From contig NC_043003.1 in NCBI RefSeq assembly GCF_006345805.1, positions 91,512,001-91,576,000 of the forward strand: a stretch of 64,000 nucleotides of DNA, written 5' to 3'. Positions 25,599 through 38,718 of the stretch are shown in pieces. This stretch comes from Octopus sinensis. Taxonomy: Eukaryota. A program made the translations under genes and the position numbers. The notes below the pieces were generated by a model. The model had not been told where the DNA came from and did not search any database. It saw nothing but the letters and a program-made list of their open reading frames with translations. How positions within the stretch are numbered: the stretch's first letter is position 1; each line of letters starts with the position of its first letter.

Positions 25599-26162
25599 TC
25601 TATATAATATGAGAAATTCAACGCAAACATCAGTGTCAAAATACAAGGTCACATTGTGCTCAAGTGTGAAAAGAAGATAAGAGATAATATCATTGATCAT
25701 TGTGTACAAAAAGTGCAGCTCAAATTATATTGAAGGTCACATATATGTGACAAAGATTGTATGTGTTTGCATTTAAAATACTTTCAAGATATTATTGCTA
25801 TGAAGCATCAAGTAGTGTCAGGAACAGTCATTGCCATTTTAATGTCCATTTTTTTCATGCTAGGATAGTTCATATAAAACTTGAGGCAAGTTTTTCAACA
25901 CTTGGACACTTTTCCTGTTACTAACCTTCATTTGCTTCCAAGTAACATATTACCTTCATGGTCTTTTGAATGATATACACACATGCACACCCACATACAT
26001 ATGTGTGTGTGTGTGTGTGTGTGTGTGCGTGCATGGATGGGTGTAAGTGTGCATATATCTTTTAATTTTTTTTTTCTTACTACTTGTTTCAGTCATTAGA
26101 CTGTGGCCTTGCAAGGGCACCACCTTGAAGAATCTTTAGATGAACTTATTGACCCCACTACT

Positions 26163-26199
26163 TACTGCTCTATTCTTTAGAGTGTGTGTTTTATTGACA

Positions 26200-26230
<31 letters not shown>

Positions 26231-26288
26231 ATATATTATATATATATATATTGTCAATAAAGTACATACTCTAAAGAATAGAGCAGTA
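26163..26288. repeat. 126-bp hairpin with ~40-bp arms around (TA)n
   Basis: TACTGCTCTATTCTTTAGAGT..TTTATTGACAA-(TA)n-TTGTCAATAAA..ACTCTAAAGAATAGAGCAGTA, 3 mismatches. Confidence 0.9.
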
Positions 26289-26302
26289 TATATATATATA
26301 TA

Positions 26303-26640
26303 TGCGTGAAGGTGCATGGCTCAGTGATTAGATAGTTGAGCTTACAATCGTGAGGTTATGAGTTTGATTCTTGGACCGGTCTGCGTGTTGTGTTCTTGAG
26401 CAAGACACTTTATTTCATGTTGCTCCAGTTAACTCATCTGTAGAAATGAGTTGTGACGTCACTGGTGCCAAGCTGTATCAGCCTATGCCTTTCCCTTGGA
26501 TAACATCAGTGGTGTGGAGAGGGAAGCTTGGTATGCAGGGCAACTGCTGGCCTTCCACAAACAACCTTGCCCAGACTTGTGTCTCGGAAGGTAACTTTCT
26601 AGGTGCAATCCCATGGTCATTCATGACTGAAGAGGGTCTT
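26303..26640 (+). mobile_element. tRNA-derived SINE, second family
   Basis: A-box-like TGGCTCAGTGA, B-box-like GAGTTTGATTC, central TGTGTTCTTGAGCAAGACACTT motif common in metazoan SINEs. Confidence 0.75.
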
Positions 26641-27390
26641 ATATATATATATTGCTCTCTCCCTCTGACTGGGATAACCATGTATCTCCTCTACAGCAAG
26701 ACACTTGTTTCTATCCCTCCGTCACACTCTAACCTCTTAGGTTTTCACAGAAGAGTGGAAACAAAGGACATCACTTACGTGACAGTGGCACTCATTTACA
26801 ACTATCATACAATGTCAAAACAAGGAGATAGCAACATACACACAGTCATGCACTCAAATACACATATACAACTGGTTTCATTCAGTTTCTGTCTACACAG
26901 AACACTTATTTTTAGCTCTATCCATTATATCCAAATGAAATGCATAGTTACTGTGACTTCAAAGATTTTAGCCAGCACTAGTTGATCCAATAATGAAATA
27001 TAAGAAATGTTTAGTTATTTAGAAAATATTAAGAGTGGTAGTAGTAACACAGTAGGGAGGCATATGAAGTAGGACAGGGTTGGTTAAAGAAAGAAGCAGG
27101 TAAACGATAGAGGAATTGTCAAATGCACTCACAGAGACATGCAAATAACAATGTGTTGAGTAAGAAGTAATTCAATAGACCAATATGTAAATTTTTTCAA
27201 ACAATTGTGTATGTGCATGGCATAGAGTATATATTTGTGCCTTCAAATGAAAACATGAATAGGCAGGCTAATATAAAGAAAGCACCTGTTGAATTTTGTG
27301 TGTGTGCATATGTGTGTGTGTGCATATGTGTGTGTGTGCATGTATGTGTGTGTCTGTGTCTGTGCATGTGTGTGTGTGTATATATATATA

Positions 27391-28273
27391 CGAGGTGTTA
27401 TTAAAACATTCCCAGACTAGTTATGTTAAATAAAAAAATAACTTATTTACCTGAGTTTTAATATCATCTCCTTCAAAATAGCCACCTTGTGCAGCAATAC
27501 ACTGTTCCCAGCATTTCTACCACTTTTGGAATCTGGCCTGGAAGTCAGGTTCTGTAAGCAGTTGGGAACCTTCTGCAATTCAATCTGGATCTTGACAATG
27601 ATGTTAAAATGGCGACCTTTCAACTGTGTTTTCATCTGTAGGAGGACATGGAAGTCTGCAAGTGCTAAATCTGGTGAATATGGTGGATGCAGAAGTGATA
27701 CCATGTTGTTTTTGGCAAGAAACTCATGAGTGAGGAGAGCTCAGTGAAGAATTCAATTCTTTGCACTCCACAGATCAAGTCGCTTTAGCCATATATCTTC
27801 TCTCAAATGTTTCAAAACATCACAGTAGAACTCTCAATCAATGGTCTGGCCCTGGGGGACGAATTCTCAATGCACAATACCCCATTTCTGGGGGTGACAC
27901 TCATGGCAGGTCTTCCAGCTCACTCATCATCTTCCAGAGATGTTCTTCCATTTTTGAAGCCCCTATGACACTCAAAACATTGCATACGACCCATTGCCTC
28001 ATTACCATAAGCATGCTCAATGTCTCTGTAGCAGACAGTTTAACACAAAATTTCATGTTGGCTCTTTCTTCCTGTCCATGACAAAATCGCAGACTACAAC
28101 ATACATGCAATCACAAAAACACAAATTTCACACCTTGCGAAATAAACACAGCGATGTCACTCACCACACTGCCTCATGAAGGTCACTGCTAGCTCTCACT
28201 GTGCATGCAACTGTGTGCTGCCATCTGTTGGTGTGCTACAGAATTAGTCTGGGAACATTCTGATACCACCTCA
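27391..28273 (-). mobile_element. Internally deleted mariner (883 bp) in (TA)n
   Basis: TIRs (C/T)GAGGTG.TAT.A.AA..TTCCCAGACTA with TA flanks; N-terminal ERANMKFCVKL and C-terminal HPPYSPDLALADF present, central core missing. Confidence 0.88.
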
Positions 28274-31200
28274 TATATATATATAGCCTTTCTTTTGACA
28301 TCTCTCTTCGAGGAAGAAAAATCTGATGTAACACCTGTGGCTTTGCATGCAATGATGTAGACATGGTTTCTGTGGCTGGAGGCCCTTCCTAATGCCAACA
28401 GTATGAACTGGGTGCATTTTTTATGCCAACAGCACTCCTGAGATCACCAAGTAATTGGCAAAACACGAGAAGGAAAAATCCCTTTTGACTGAGTGGGGCA
28501 GAGAAGGGCTATTTGAGATGGGGGACTGGTGTTGGGAGGTTAAGCACAGGTATGTTGCTATAAAGGAGATACTTGGTTATCCAGCACTATATAAGGATGG
28601 GTTGGAATTGCTAGAAAGAAGATAGAGATAGTAGTGAAAACATGCCAGAGCATCTCAAGGTACGAGAAAGAGAGTTTAAGAAAGAATGCAGAGAGGATTG
28701 GGGAGAGGGGGGTTAAATTTTATTAGCGTATCAGAGGAGATTAACAGATGATTAGAGATGGGTGTAGAGGTGAATGTAGTGTGTGATGAACAGTGGCGGA
28801 GGTGTGTTTGAGGGGGAAATATCAGTATGGAGGTTAGTTTGGTGAGGTGTAAAAGATAGAAGAGGTTCAGGAACAAGGATAGCTGAGAAAGCAGGGGAAT
28901 GATGAGCAAGGTGATGTACAGTAATGGAGATGAAGGTAAGAGGTACGTATGGGTAGCCATTGTCAGTGGGGTAACAACAGTGGATGGGGGTATCAATGAC
29001 ATTTATGAGAGTGCATAGAGAATGATAGCAAATATGAGAAGTATGAAAGACAAGGTATGGCAGGTCTAAGATGTAGCTCAGAAGAAGGAGAGATAACTGA
29101 AAGCAAGGAAAAAAAGTGATCAATGGAAAATGATGTTAATAGAAAATGGTTTTGAGGAAGGAGATAACGGGTAATTCAAAACAAAAGGGAGAGGGAAATG
29201 TACCAATTCTGCTTGCAAATAATTACAGCAGCTGAGTGGTACCATTAATTAGAAGTAGGATAGGTATTAGGAGGATGTGGCATAAGAAATGCTTGATGAT
29301 GCAGAGCCCGGCATGTATAGGCATTAACTAAATATTCTCAAGGCCTTATTTTCTCCACGGTGGAATAGGTCTCCTTGAGCACAGCAAATCACCAATCATC
29401 TTGGTCCTTTGTCATCTCCTCTGTGAGGCTCAACATTTTGAGATCAGCTTTCACTACTCTAACTCTGTACATCGGAGGACATAGGTGCATTTTGTGTCAG
29501 CATGTAATATGGAAGTGAGTCAAACTTATTCAATATTTACAATTCCAACTAAATATGTTGAATTCTCCTCCTGCTTGTAAATGTGTGTGTTTGTACATGC
29601 GTGTTTGTATAGAGTATATAACAGGAAATTTTGCTGAGATCCCATCTGCTAACCTTTTGATCCACTTATAGTAGATTTTTGACCTAGCTTCCTATTGTTC
29701 TTATTGTGACCAACCTTGTCTTCCAAGATAAGAAATCTTCTCTCAAAAGTTTTGCGACATCTTTCCAATTTCTGTCTTATTAAATTACTTCCTTGAACTT
29801 CAGACTACAATTTGTCATGATTGGTAACGCAGCATTTATTTGCAATGTTTACATTTATATGTGTGTGTTTGTATTCATATGCATATGTGTGTGTGTGTGT
29901 GCCCTAGTATGGCCATAGCCTTAGGGCTGAAGCATATAAAAGAATATATATATATTCCTGCACTGCTAGTTATCCCTTCTTTCAATTTGAACCACTTCTA
30001 CCATTCTCACCAGCCCCCACTTCATAGTGATATTTATCATCAACCACATCTCCACCTTTGTTCATCATTTACCACTCATTATAGCACATCGTACCACCTC
30101 TAACCATTTGCCACTCTCACACTCTCTTGAAATTCAGCCATTTTTTCCTTCCCACTTGACCCAATGCCCATATTCTCTTATACTCACCTTCTTGTACTCT
30201 GAGAGTTTGCACTGGAACCTTGTCACCACTATCTTTATCTTTGTTCCAGCTACTCCTACTCACCCTTATATAATATGGAAAGCCATGGCAGGACACCTGC
30301 GCATGTCCCTTCATCATATTTTAGCTTCTCAATACCTGACATGAAACCACCTTCCCATCTCTCAAATACACTCCTATACAATCAATGGGGGTTTTCTTGT
30401 CTTGTGAGTTAATTGGTGACCTCATTAGTGCCTGTGTCATTTAAAAAATATCTACTGTACACTATAAAGTGGTTAGTGTGAGGAAGGGTATCCAGCTGCA
30501 GAAGCCATGCCAAAGCTGACATGGAAATTCAACACAGTCCTACAGCTTGTGAGATCCTGTCAAACCATCCAAACCATGATAGCATGGCAAAGACATTAAC
30601 TGATGATATTATTTTATTCTCTTACACGTTTCAGCCCAAAGGCTGTGGGCATTCTGGGGCACATGATGATATAGTAAAGTAAATAAACAAAGCAAAGAGG
30701 ACAGTATGCAATACCGTTATCTTTGTTCCTTTATTTACTTTTATTCATCATCATCATCCTTTAACATCTGTTGTCCAAGCTGGCATGGGTTGGATGGTTT
30801 GACCAGAGCAAGCAAGCTGGGGAGCTGCACCAGGTTCCAGTCTGATTTCTACAGAGGGATGCCTAACACCAACCACTTTGGTGTGTGTGTTAGGTGCTTT
30901 TAACATACCAGAGGCATGAGTGCTTTCACGTGGCTGTGGCACTGGCACAGGACTCTTGCAGGCCATTGCCTCCATCAGGGGATGTGGCCTTAATAATACT
31001 TCTGCTGTGGAGGACAGGTCTTCTCTATGACAAATGTTCCAGCCCCATATTTGGTATTTTTCTCAGGATTTAGTTTGTATGGAATGTTTCTGATTTTCCT
31101 ACCTATACCTTCTGTTGGCCAGCATCTTTTATAGAGTGCTGACTTGGTGTTCAAGTGAAGTAATTTAGTATGTTGCTATATAAATTCTAACTTGGTTTCT

Positions 31201-32073
31201 TTACAGCACTGTATTGTATATATGCATTGCAATGTGAAGCAAAATAATACACACACTAATATGCATATACATTATACACTTACATTTACATGTATTATCA
31301 TCAGCATTGTTATTGTGTTAACGTTCACTTTTCCATACTTGCAAAATTTTTTAAAGTAGATTTTCTATAGCCAGAAGCTCTTCCTACCACCAACCGTCAT
31401 TTGTTTCTCAGCAAAGGAATATTTCTCCCTGGTCAGACATTCTTTACACAGAAGACAGGGAAATGAACAACACTGCTCATATGACAGTACATGAACCAAC
31501 ACATGCTTCTTTCAGATCTCATCTGCCAAATCCATTCACAAGGCTTTAGTTGGCCTGGAGCTATAGTAGGAGACACTTGCCCAAAGTGCCATGAGTAGGA
31601 CTGAACCTGAAACCACATGGTTGGCAAGCAAACTTCTCAACCACACAGCCATGTATGTGTATATGAAGTATTCATATATAAATGTATTCTAGTAAATCAA
31701 TACCAATTTCCAAAGTGACCTTCCTTGTTTCATTATTAATCAAAATATTGCTTAGTTACTCAAAAGCAAACCATTCTGACTGAAAACTGAACCAATGCCA
31801 AAACTGTTCTAGCAGCAGCAAAACCAGTTTCAATACAACAGCAGCTCATATCAAGGTAGTGTTACAAATCTTCACCAAAGAATAACCAATTGACACTACT
31901 AATGAAGGCACAGGGATGGCTGTGTACTTAAGAAGTTTGTTTCCAAACCACAGAAATTTTGTTTCAGTCCTACTGCATGGCACTGTGGGCATGTGTTTTT
32001 TATATCCTTGAGCTAACCAAAGACTTGTGAGTGTATTTAGTAGATGTAAACTGAAAGAAGCACATTGCATACA

Positions 32074-32262
32074 CAAGGGGGTGCTGAAAAGTTCCTGGCT
32101 TCGGGTAAAAGAGAATACAGGAGGATCAGTTAATTAGGATTTTATTGAACATATTCCCCTCTCAGATTCACACTTATTGTAGTGGTCCTTCAGTTTTTCT
32201 AAGCCCTGTAAAAGAACTCGGAAGTTTGAGCCTCCAACTAGGCCTTTTGTGATACCCCCTCA
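32074..32262. mobile_element. Mariner-derived MITE (~190 bp)
   Basis: Imperfect TIRs CAAGGGGGTGCTGAAAAG / TGAGGGGGTATCACAAAAG, TA flank on the right. Confidence 0.55.
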
Positions 32263-35179
32263 TATATATATATATTGTGTGCGTAATATAGAGTGCTTAT
32301 CTCGACATCACACAATAGTTGTAAACAAGCATTGTCATACATTGTCCTTCATTTTCTATATTCCATGAATGCATCTGGCCAAGGAGAATTATTAACCTTA
32401 CTTGGAAACAGGTGGAAGTTGGCAACAAAAAGAGCATCTGGCCATAGATCTACTTCAATCAATATTTGAACTAAATCACCACTGTACTGAAGAATATTGT
32501 AGCAACTGGAGCTATCCATAAACTGTATCAGCTCCTGCACAGCCTATCACAAATAGGAGGCAAAGTATAGATAGCAACACTACTGATGATGTTATCATTA
32601 GTCTGACACTCGCTGTTTTGTGTGCAGCAGGGTACAGAAACAGTGACATTTCTAATATTAAATGCCTTTGGGATTTATTTATATTTCATACATTCTGGAT
32701 TAGAATCCCATCAGGGTGGACGAAACCATTTATTTCTCAGAGTTAATAAAATACAGGTGTTTATCCATTCCATTATGGAATCCTACCCATCCACAACGTG
32801 ATCCTGTGTCAAATCAAAGCAATCCGGCTGAGGTTGGCCTTACTTTTCATCCTTTCAGGGTTGATAAAATAAGTACCAGCTGAGCATTAGGGTTGATATA
32901 ATCGACTTCCCCCTTCTCTCAGAATTGCTAGCCTTGTGCCAAAAATTAAATTATTAAGGTAGCCAACTGGCAGAATCATTTGCATGCCAAAATGCTTAGC
33001 TTCACTTCTAGCTCTCTCATCCTTTTCGAGCTGATAATATAAATATCAGTTGAGCACTGGAATCAATTTAATTGACTAGTTCCACCCTACTAAAATTTGC
33101 TGGCCTTGTGCCAAAATTTGAAGCTATAATAATCTGCTTGTTCGTTTGCCCATTATACTTTAGTTAGAGAGGTAGAATAAAAATGAAGTGGGGAGAAATG
33201 TGAGTAGAGAAGAAAGAATAGTGGAGTATAATAATAGACTACGGCCAAATGAATCATGTGGTTAGTTGAAGGGAGAGGCAAAGGACGAGAGAAAAAGATG
33301 GTGAGAGAAAAGTAGGAGAGAGAAGTGTTAATGACATGCTGTAGGGTGGGAAGATGAAGAGAAGGAGAGAAATGTTAAAGACATGAAGAGGGGAATTACA
33401 TGGTTAAAAAGTTTGTTGAAGAGGTAGAAAGAGAGAAACACAAACCACTTAGAGGGAGTGAAATAACTTAAAATAAAAATCATCCTTTCTTTCTTAAATA
33501 GCTTCTCCACAGGTCCCACTAGTTATTATTAAAGCAGCAAACTGGCAGAATCATTGATATGTACTTAGTGGCAGTTTTTCCAGCTCTTTACAATCTGAGT
33601 TCAAATGCTGCCATGGTCACCTTTGCTTTTCAACCTTTTGGGGTCAATGTAATCAACTAGTCTCTCTGGCAAAATTTCAGGCCTTGTAGTTATAATAGAA
33701 ATGATTATAATTAAACAAATTAGCTAGTTAGAAAATCTCTATAAGAGATGAAGGCAGTAGCTATACTGAGAAGTAATGTTTATCACCACTGCATCATGAC
33801 TGTTCCATAGGAACCACCATGTTGAAGACTATATTACTAAGGTGGAATGCTATCAGAATTGTTGCAGCATCAGGGAAAATGCTTTGTGGTATTTTTTCTG
33901 GACCATAATGTTCTGAAATCAAATCCAACCAAAATCAACTTTGCGTTTCATCTTTTCAGGATCAGTAAAATAAAGTACCAATCAAGGTGGTGAAACAGAC
34001 TAATACCCTCAAAATTGCTGGTTTGTGCCTAAATTAGAAACAATTACTTTTAATTCAAAATAATAATTCTTTACATTTGACAGTTATAGAGGATGTGTGT
34101 AACTGAATGAATCAACCCTAATATATAATTAATGGAATAATGGATTGGTAGAATCCTTAGAATGACAGACAAAACAGCCTGTGGTATTTAGTTAGATCAT
34201 TTTACATTTGAGTTCAAACCCTGCCAGTTGACCTCATCTTAGTGTCAATAAAAGAAAGTACCACTCAAATACTGGAATGGATATAATTGACTAAATCCTT
34301 CTCCAAAATGTGGCCTTGTGCCAGTCTTAGTAATCCTAGAGTGACAGAGTCAAGGATTAAACATCAAACAGTTTTTAGTTTTGTTCCTCTACTCATTTTG
34401 AGTTCAAATTTCAACTAGGTTTACCTCAGACTTTTATTTTAACAGTACTTTATAAAATAAGACCTAAGTATGTTATGAGGAAGTATTCATTCCAGAGAAC
34501 TACACCTCTACAAAATTTTTGTGCATGTGTTAATACTAAAAATAATTATTGGAATCAAATTTTGGGGGAGGTTGTAAGTCAGTTACATTAACCCATGCTC
34601 AACTGGTACTTATCTTATCGACCTGAAAAGGATGTAAGGCTAAATCAACCTTGATGGAATTTGAACTCACAATATAAAGAAGTGCAAAATGCTGCTAAGC
34701 ATTTGGTCCAGTGTGCTAATGAGTCTGCCAGTTCACTACCTTTAATACTAGGAATAATTATTGATTAAAATACTGTGCAGGCATACTTAAACCTTGTGAG
34801 TGGATTTGGTTGGTGGAAACTATAAGAAGTTTGTCATATATGTACGTGTCTCATCCTGACTTGTAAATGAATGTCACTATCATACAAATGGTGTTGTGCA
34901 TTTCCAATTTCCAATAGATATGTGTCCAACCATAGGGAAAAAAAATATTTTGTGTGGAAATAGACGACGATTGGTGACAGGAAAGTTATTTTGTCATAGA
35001 AAATCTGCCTCAACTAATTCCACCTGACCATGCAAGTACGAAAAAGTGAAGGTTAAAATGATGATGATGATATACACATATATATGTAAAGATATGTACT
35101 AGGCATATACAAGTCAAATTTATCCATTTCCCTATAGATTGAAGAAAAAACAAAAAGATTTTAATTTTTGACCCTTACT

Positions 35180-35587
35180 GTTGCCAGCGCCGCCTCGACT
35201 GGCTTCTGTGCCGGTGGCACATAAAAAGCATCATCCGAACGTGGCTGATGCCAGCCCCGCCTCGACTGGCTTCTGTGCCGGTGGCACATAAAAAGCACCA
35301 TCCGAACGTGGCCGATGCCAGCCCTGCCTCGACTGGCTTCTGTGCCAGTGGCACGTAAAAAGCACCAACCGATCGTGGCCGATGCCAGACCCCTCTGGCA
35401 CCTGTGCAGGTGGCACGTAAAAAGCACCCACTACACTCGCGGAGTGGTTGGCGTTAGGAAGGGCATCCAGCTGTATAAACACTGCCAGATCAGACTGGAG
35501 CCTGGTGCAGCCCCTGGATTCCCAGACTCCGGTCAAACCGTCCAACCCATGCTAGCGCGGAAAACGGACGTTAAACGATGATGATGA
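35180..35587 (+). mobile_element. RTE-like 3' tail copy with three 67-bp tandem units
   Basis: Unit starts at 35193, 35260 and 35327; ends in AAACGATGATGATGA. Confidence 0.85.
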
Positions 35588-36937
35588 CTGAGGTCTCATC
35601 AAAGTTGTCTACATCACTTGACCATTCTCAGAGAAAAAGCAGCTAATCTAGCAGCTCGAGCCAGTAGGCCTGTCAGCAGGGAACCCAATCCACACAGTAA
35701 CAAGGTATAATGTATATAAACCTTTGAAGTAGATATACTAAGTGGCAAATTTACTTATGTATCTGTGTATGTGAGTATGCATGCTCACGCATGTACTGTG
35801 TGCTTGCTTCTATAAAAGTCACAATGTATGAACAGTGATGCTGCTGTCAATTCTTCTATAAACAGATCACCTGCTCACTTCACGCCTCCAAAGATTTGAG
35901 AAATAAAAGATTCCTTAATGCAAAACAGGTAAGGATTAGCTACAGGAAGAGCATCGTACTGTATAACAATACTACAATAACATGTTCATCTAACCTATTC
36001 TAACATGGAAAAATGGATTTAAAAATGAACAAACAGGCAATGATTTGTTCTGTGTTCAAATCTAAGGAGATTGAAGTTTCTTAATCAAGGATATATCACA
36101 ATCTTAGTTGAGAGGAAATGCTCCACTAACCCTTCAATTTGCAGTTTGATGTCCTATTTATAAATATAATAATCATATAAGAGAATAAGCCTAATGACAT
36201 TACTAATGGTGATTTTGTAAAAAATTCTGTACTATGGCATCAATGCCATAGTACATCAATGTTTTTTATTAAATACAAAAATGCAATGGTCCTTCCCCAT
36301 CTTTCATAACACAACTATCACCACCATCATCTACCAAACTGAATGGAAAAGGTCTTTCATACTTTTAGTGAGAGCAACTGACAAAATTAGAGATAATTGG
36401 CAGCCAATAAATGCAAACTCACTCCTGACGGGTTAGGTGTAAACGAAGTAAATATGATATAAATAATGCAAAAGTGGGAGACATATAACCAGAGTAATAA
36501 ACAAGATGGCAGATGTAGTGTTGATGATAATGACTTAGAGCTTAGGTTTGGTTAATGAATAATTTACGATTATGTTATTAGACAGTAAATGATTGAGAAT
36601 TTTAGACTGGTGGCAGTGGTGATGGAGAGCAGAAAAGATAAAACACCAACTTTCCATGAGTTATTTCATTCCATCTATAAGGGAGAGTGAGGTAAAAAAT
36701 GTGGCTTTCATGCCTTTCTTTTAGGCAAGAAAGCCACATTGTAAGTGAACTGGCTCCAAAAGGAATGGTAAGATGAGCCATAAACTCATCAAGAACATGG
36801 TGTCATACACACTACAAGTCATTAAAAAAGGCCATACATTTTGGGGAAACCCACAGTCAAGACATGAATGGTACTTACCTTGTCAATCTTGAAAGAACTG
36901 AAGCTAAACTTGACCTTGGCAGAGATAATCTTTTTTT

Positions 36938-36943
36938 TTTATT
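36938..36943 (-). promoter_or_regulatory. Candidate AATAAA polyadenylation signal of MTREX
   Basis: AATAAA ~190 nt after the stop, at the end of an AU-rich 3' UTR; no transcript evidence. Confidence 0.5.
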
Positions 36944-37130
36944 ATAAGGTACAAGACAAAATAAAAAAGACACATAGATATTCAAATTGTAAATGTTTAC
37001 AATACAAAAGAAAACACAATAATGGTGGAAAGTGTGATTTAATGTAACAATAAAAATTTCCATATCATAAATGTTATTTACAATGAATATAAAATCATTC
37101 CAGTTTAGATGTGACAGGAAAGGAAACATA

Positions 37131-37183
37131 CTATAGGTACAAACTGGCTGCAAATACAATATCTCTTTTTATCTTCCTGATCC
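37131..37183 (-). CDS. MTREX: MTREX last coding exon ([16 protein letters not shown])
   Basis: tttttccag acceptor, TAG stop at 37133-37131. Confidence 0.96.
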
Positions 37184-38667
37184 CTGGAAAAAAAAGAAAT
37201 AAATAAGTAAATAAGTTTTGTTATAATTTGTGTATGAAGCATCATACATAATCATCATTTAACGTCTGTCTTCCATGCTGGAATGGATTGGACAGTTCAA
37301 TAGGATCCAATAAGTTGGAAGGCTACATTGAGCTCTAATGTGTCATGGTTTCTACAGCTGGATGCCCTTCCTAATGCTAACCGCTTTATAGTGTACTGGG
37401 TGCTAGAGCTGTGAAGTCTTGCATGCATTAATTTCAACCCTTATTAATAACTGTACTGTTTCTTTCCTGGTAATATGACATCTGACTCTACAAAGAAGTC
37501 TTCAAAAGTAACTCATAGCAGCTTCTCGTGAAAATGGACAAAATTTGAGATTGTGCTGTTATCAAGTACTTGTAGAAAGAGGCTTTAGCCTTCAATGACA
37601 TTCATACTGACATGGTTGCTACATTAGAGGATGACACTCCAGCTTTATCAACAATGCAGAAGTAGGTAGCTGAATTTAGGAGAGGAAGAGAGACTCTTAA
37701 AGATGACCTAAGCTCTGGACATCCTGCAACAACCACCAAAACCAGGGAAAACACTGAATGTGTTCACCACATGGTGATGGATGACAGGCAATTGGCTATA
37801 AATCAAATAGCCAATGCTATTAGCATATCCTGTGAGGGAGTTAAGAATACTCTGCACAATGAACTTGGCATAATAAAGGTTTTCTGCTTGGTGAGTATCA
37901 TGTCTTCTGACACCAGATCAAAAGCATACCAGGCTGGTCACATCACAGCAAAATCTGACATTGTTTGAGGCAGATGCAACTGGCTTCCTCGAACGTTTCC
38001 CAACCCAGGATGAGAGTTAGTTCCATCATTTTGAGCCAGAGATAAAGAGACAATCCATGCAGTGGAAACACCTCTCCTCACCTGCTACAAAGACTATGGC
38101 CATTTCATCCACAGGGAAGGTAATGGTCTCAATTTTGGAGGGAAGCAAAAGGTAGTGCTTACTGACTGCCTTCAAAAGAGCCACAGTATCAATGGAAAAT
38201 ACTGTGCCAACTTGCTGACGCAGGTACAAAAGGCTATCAAGACCAAGCACTCAGGAAAACTGGCAAAAGGAGTTTTGTTTCATCAGTTAAATGCTCCAGC
38301 ACACAAGTCATTAGTTTCAATGACTGCTGTGCATGTCTGTGGCTTTGAACTGATTGATCAATTTCCCTATTCTCCTGATTTGGCTCCATCTAACCATCAT
38401 TTGTTCTCCCCTACATGAAAAAGCACTTGGCAGGGATCCAGTATCCTAGTGATGATGACGTCACATCTACTGTTCTTTTATCTCTTACTTGCTTCAGCCA
38501 TGCTGAGACACCACTTTCAAGGGTTTTAGTTGAACAAATCAACCTCACAACTTATTTGTTTTTTCTTTTAAGCCTAGTACTTATCCTACCCGTCTCTTTT
38601 GCTGAACCGCAAAATTACTGAGATGTAAACACACCAGTTGTCAAGTGATGGTGGGAGACAAACACAG

Positions 38668-38718
<51 letters not shown>

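Noticed and set aside
26303-26380. tRNA gene calls for SINE heads (also 39890-39960 and 4221-4285)
   Set aside because: A/B boxes are present but there is no complete cloverleaf, and each continues into a repeated SINE body.
28676-29123. Leu/Pro/His/Ser-rich ORFs in purine-skewed DNA (also 29.97-30.35 kb)
   Set aside because: Composition-driven open frames with no motifs or splice structure.
35180-35420. 64-67-bp tandem repeats as CRISPR or minisatellite gene
   Set aside because: No unique spacers; they lie inside the LINE 3' UTR.
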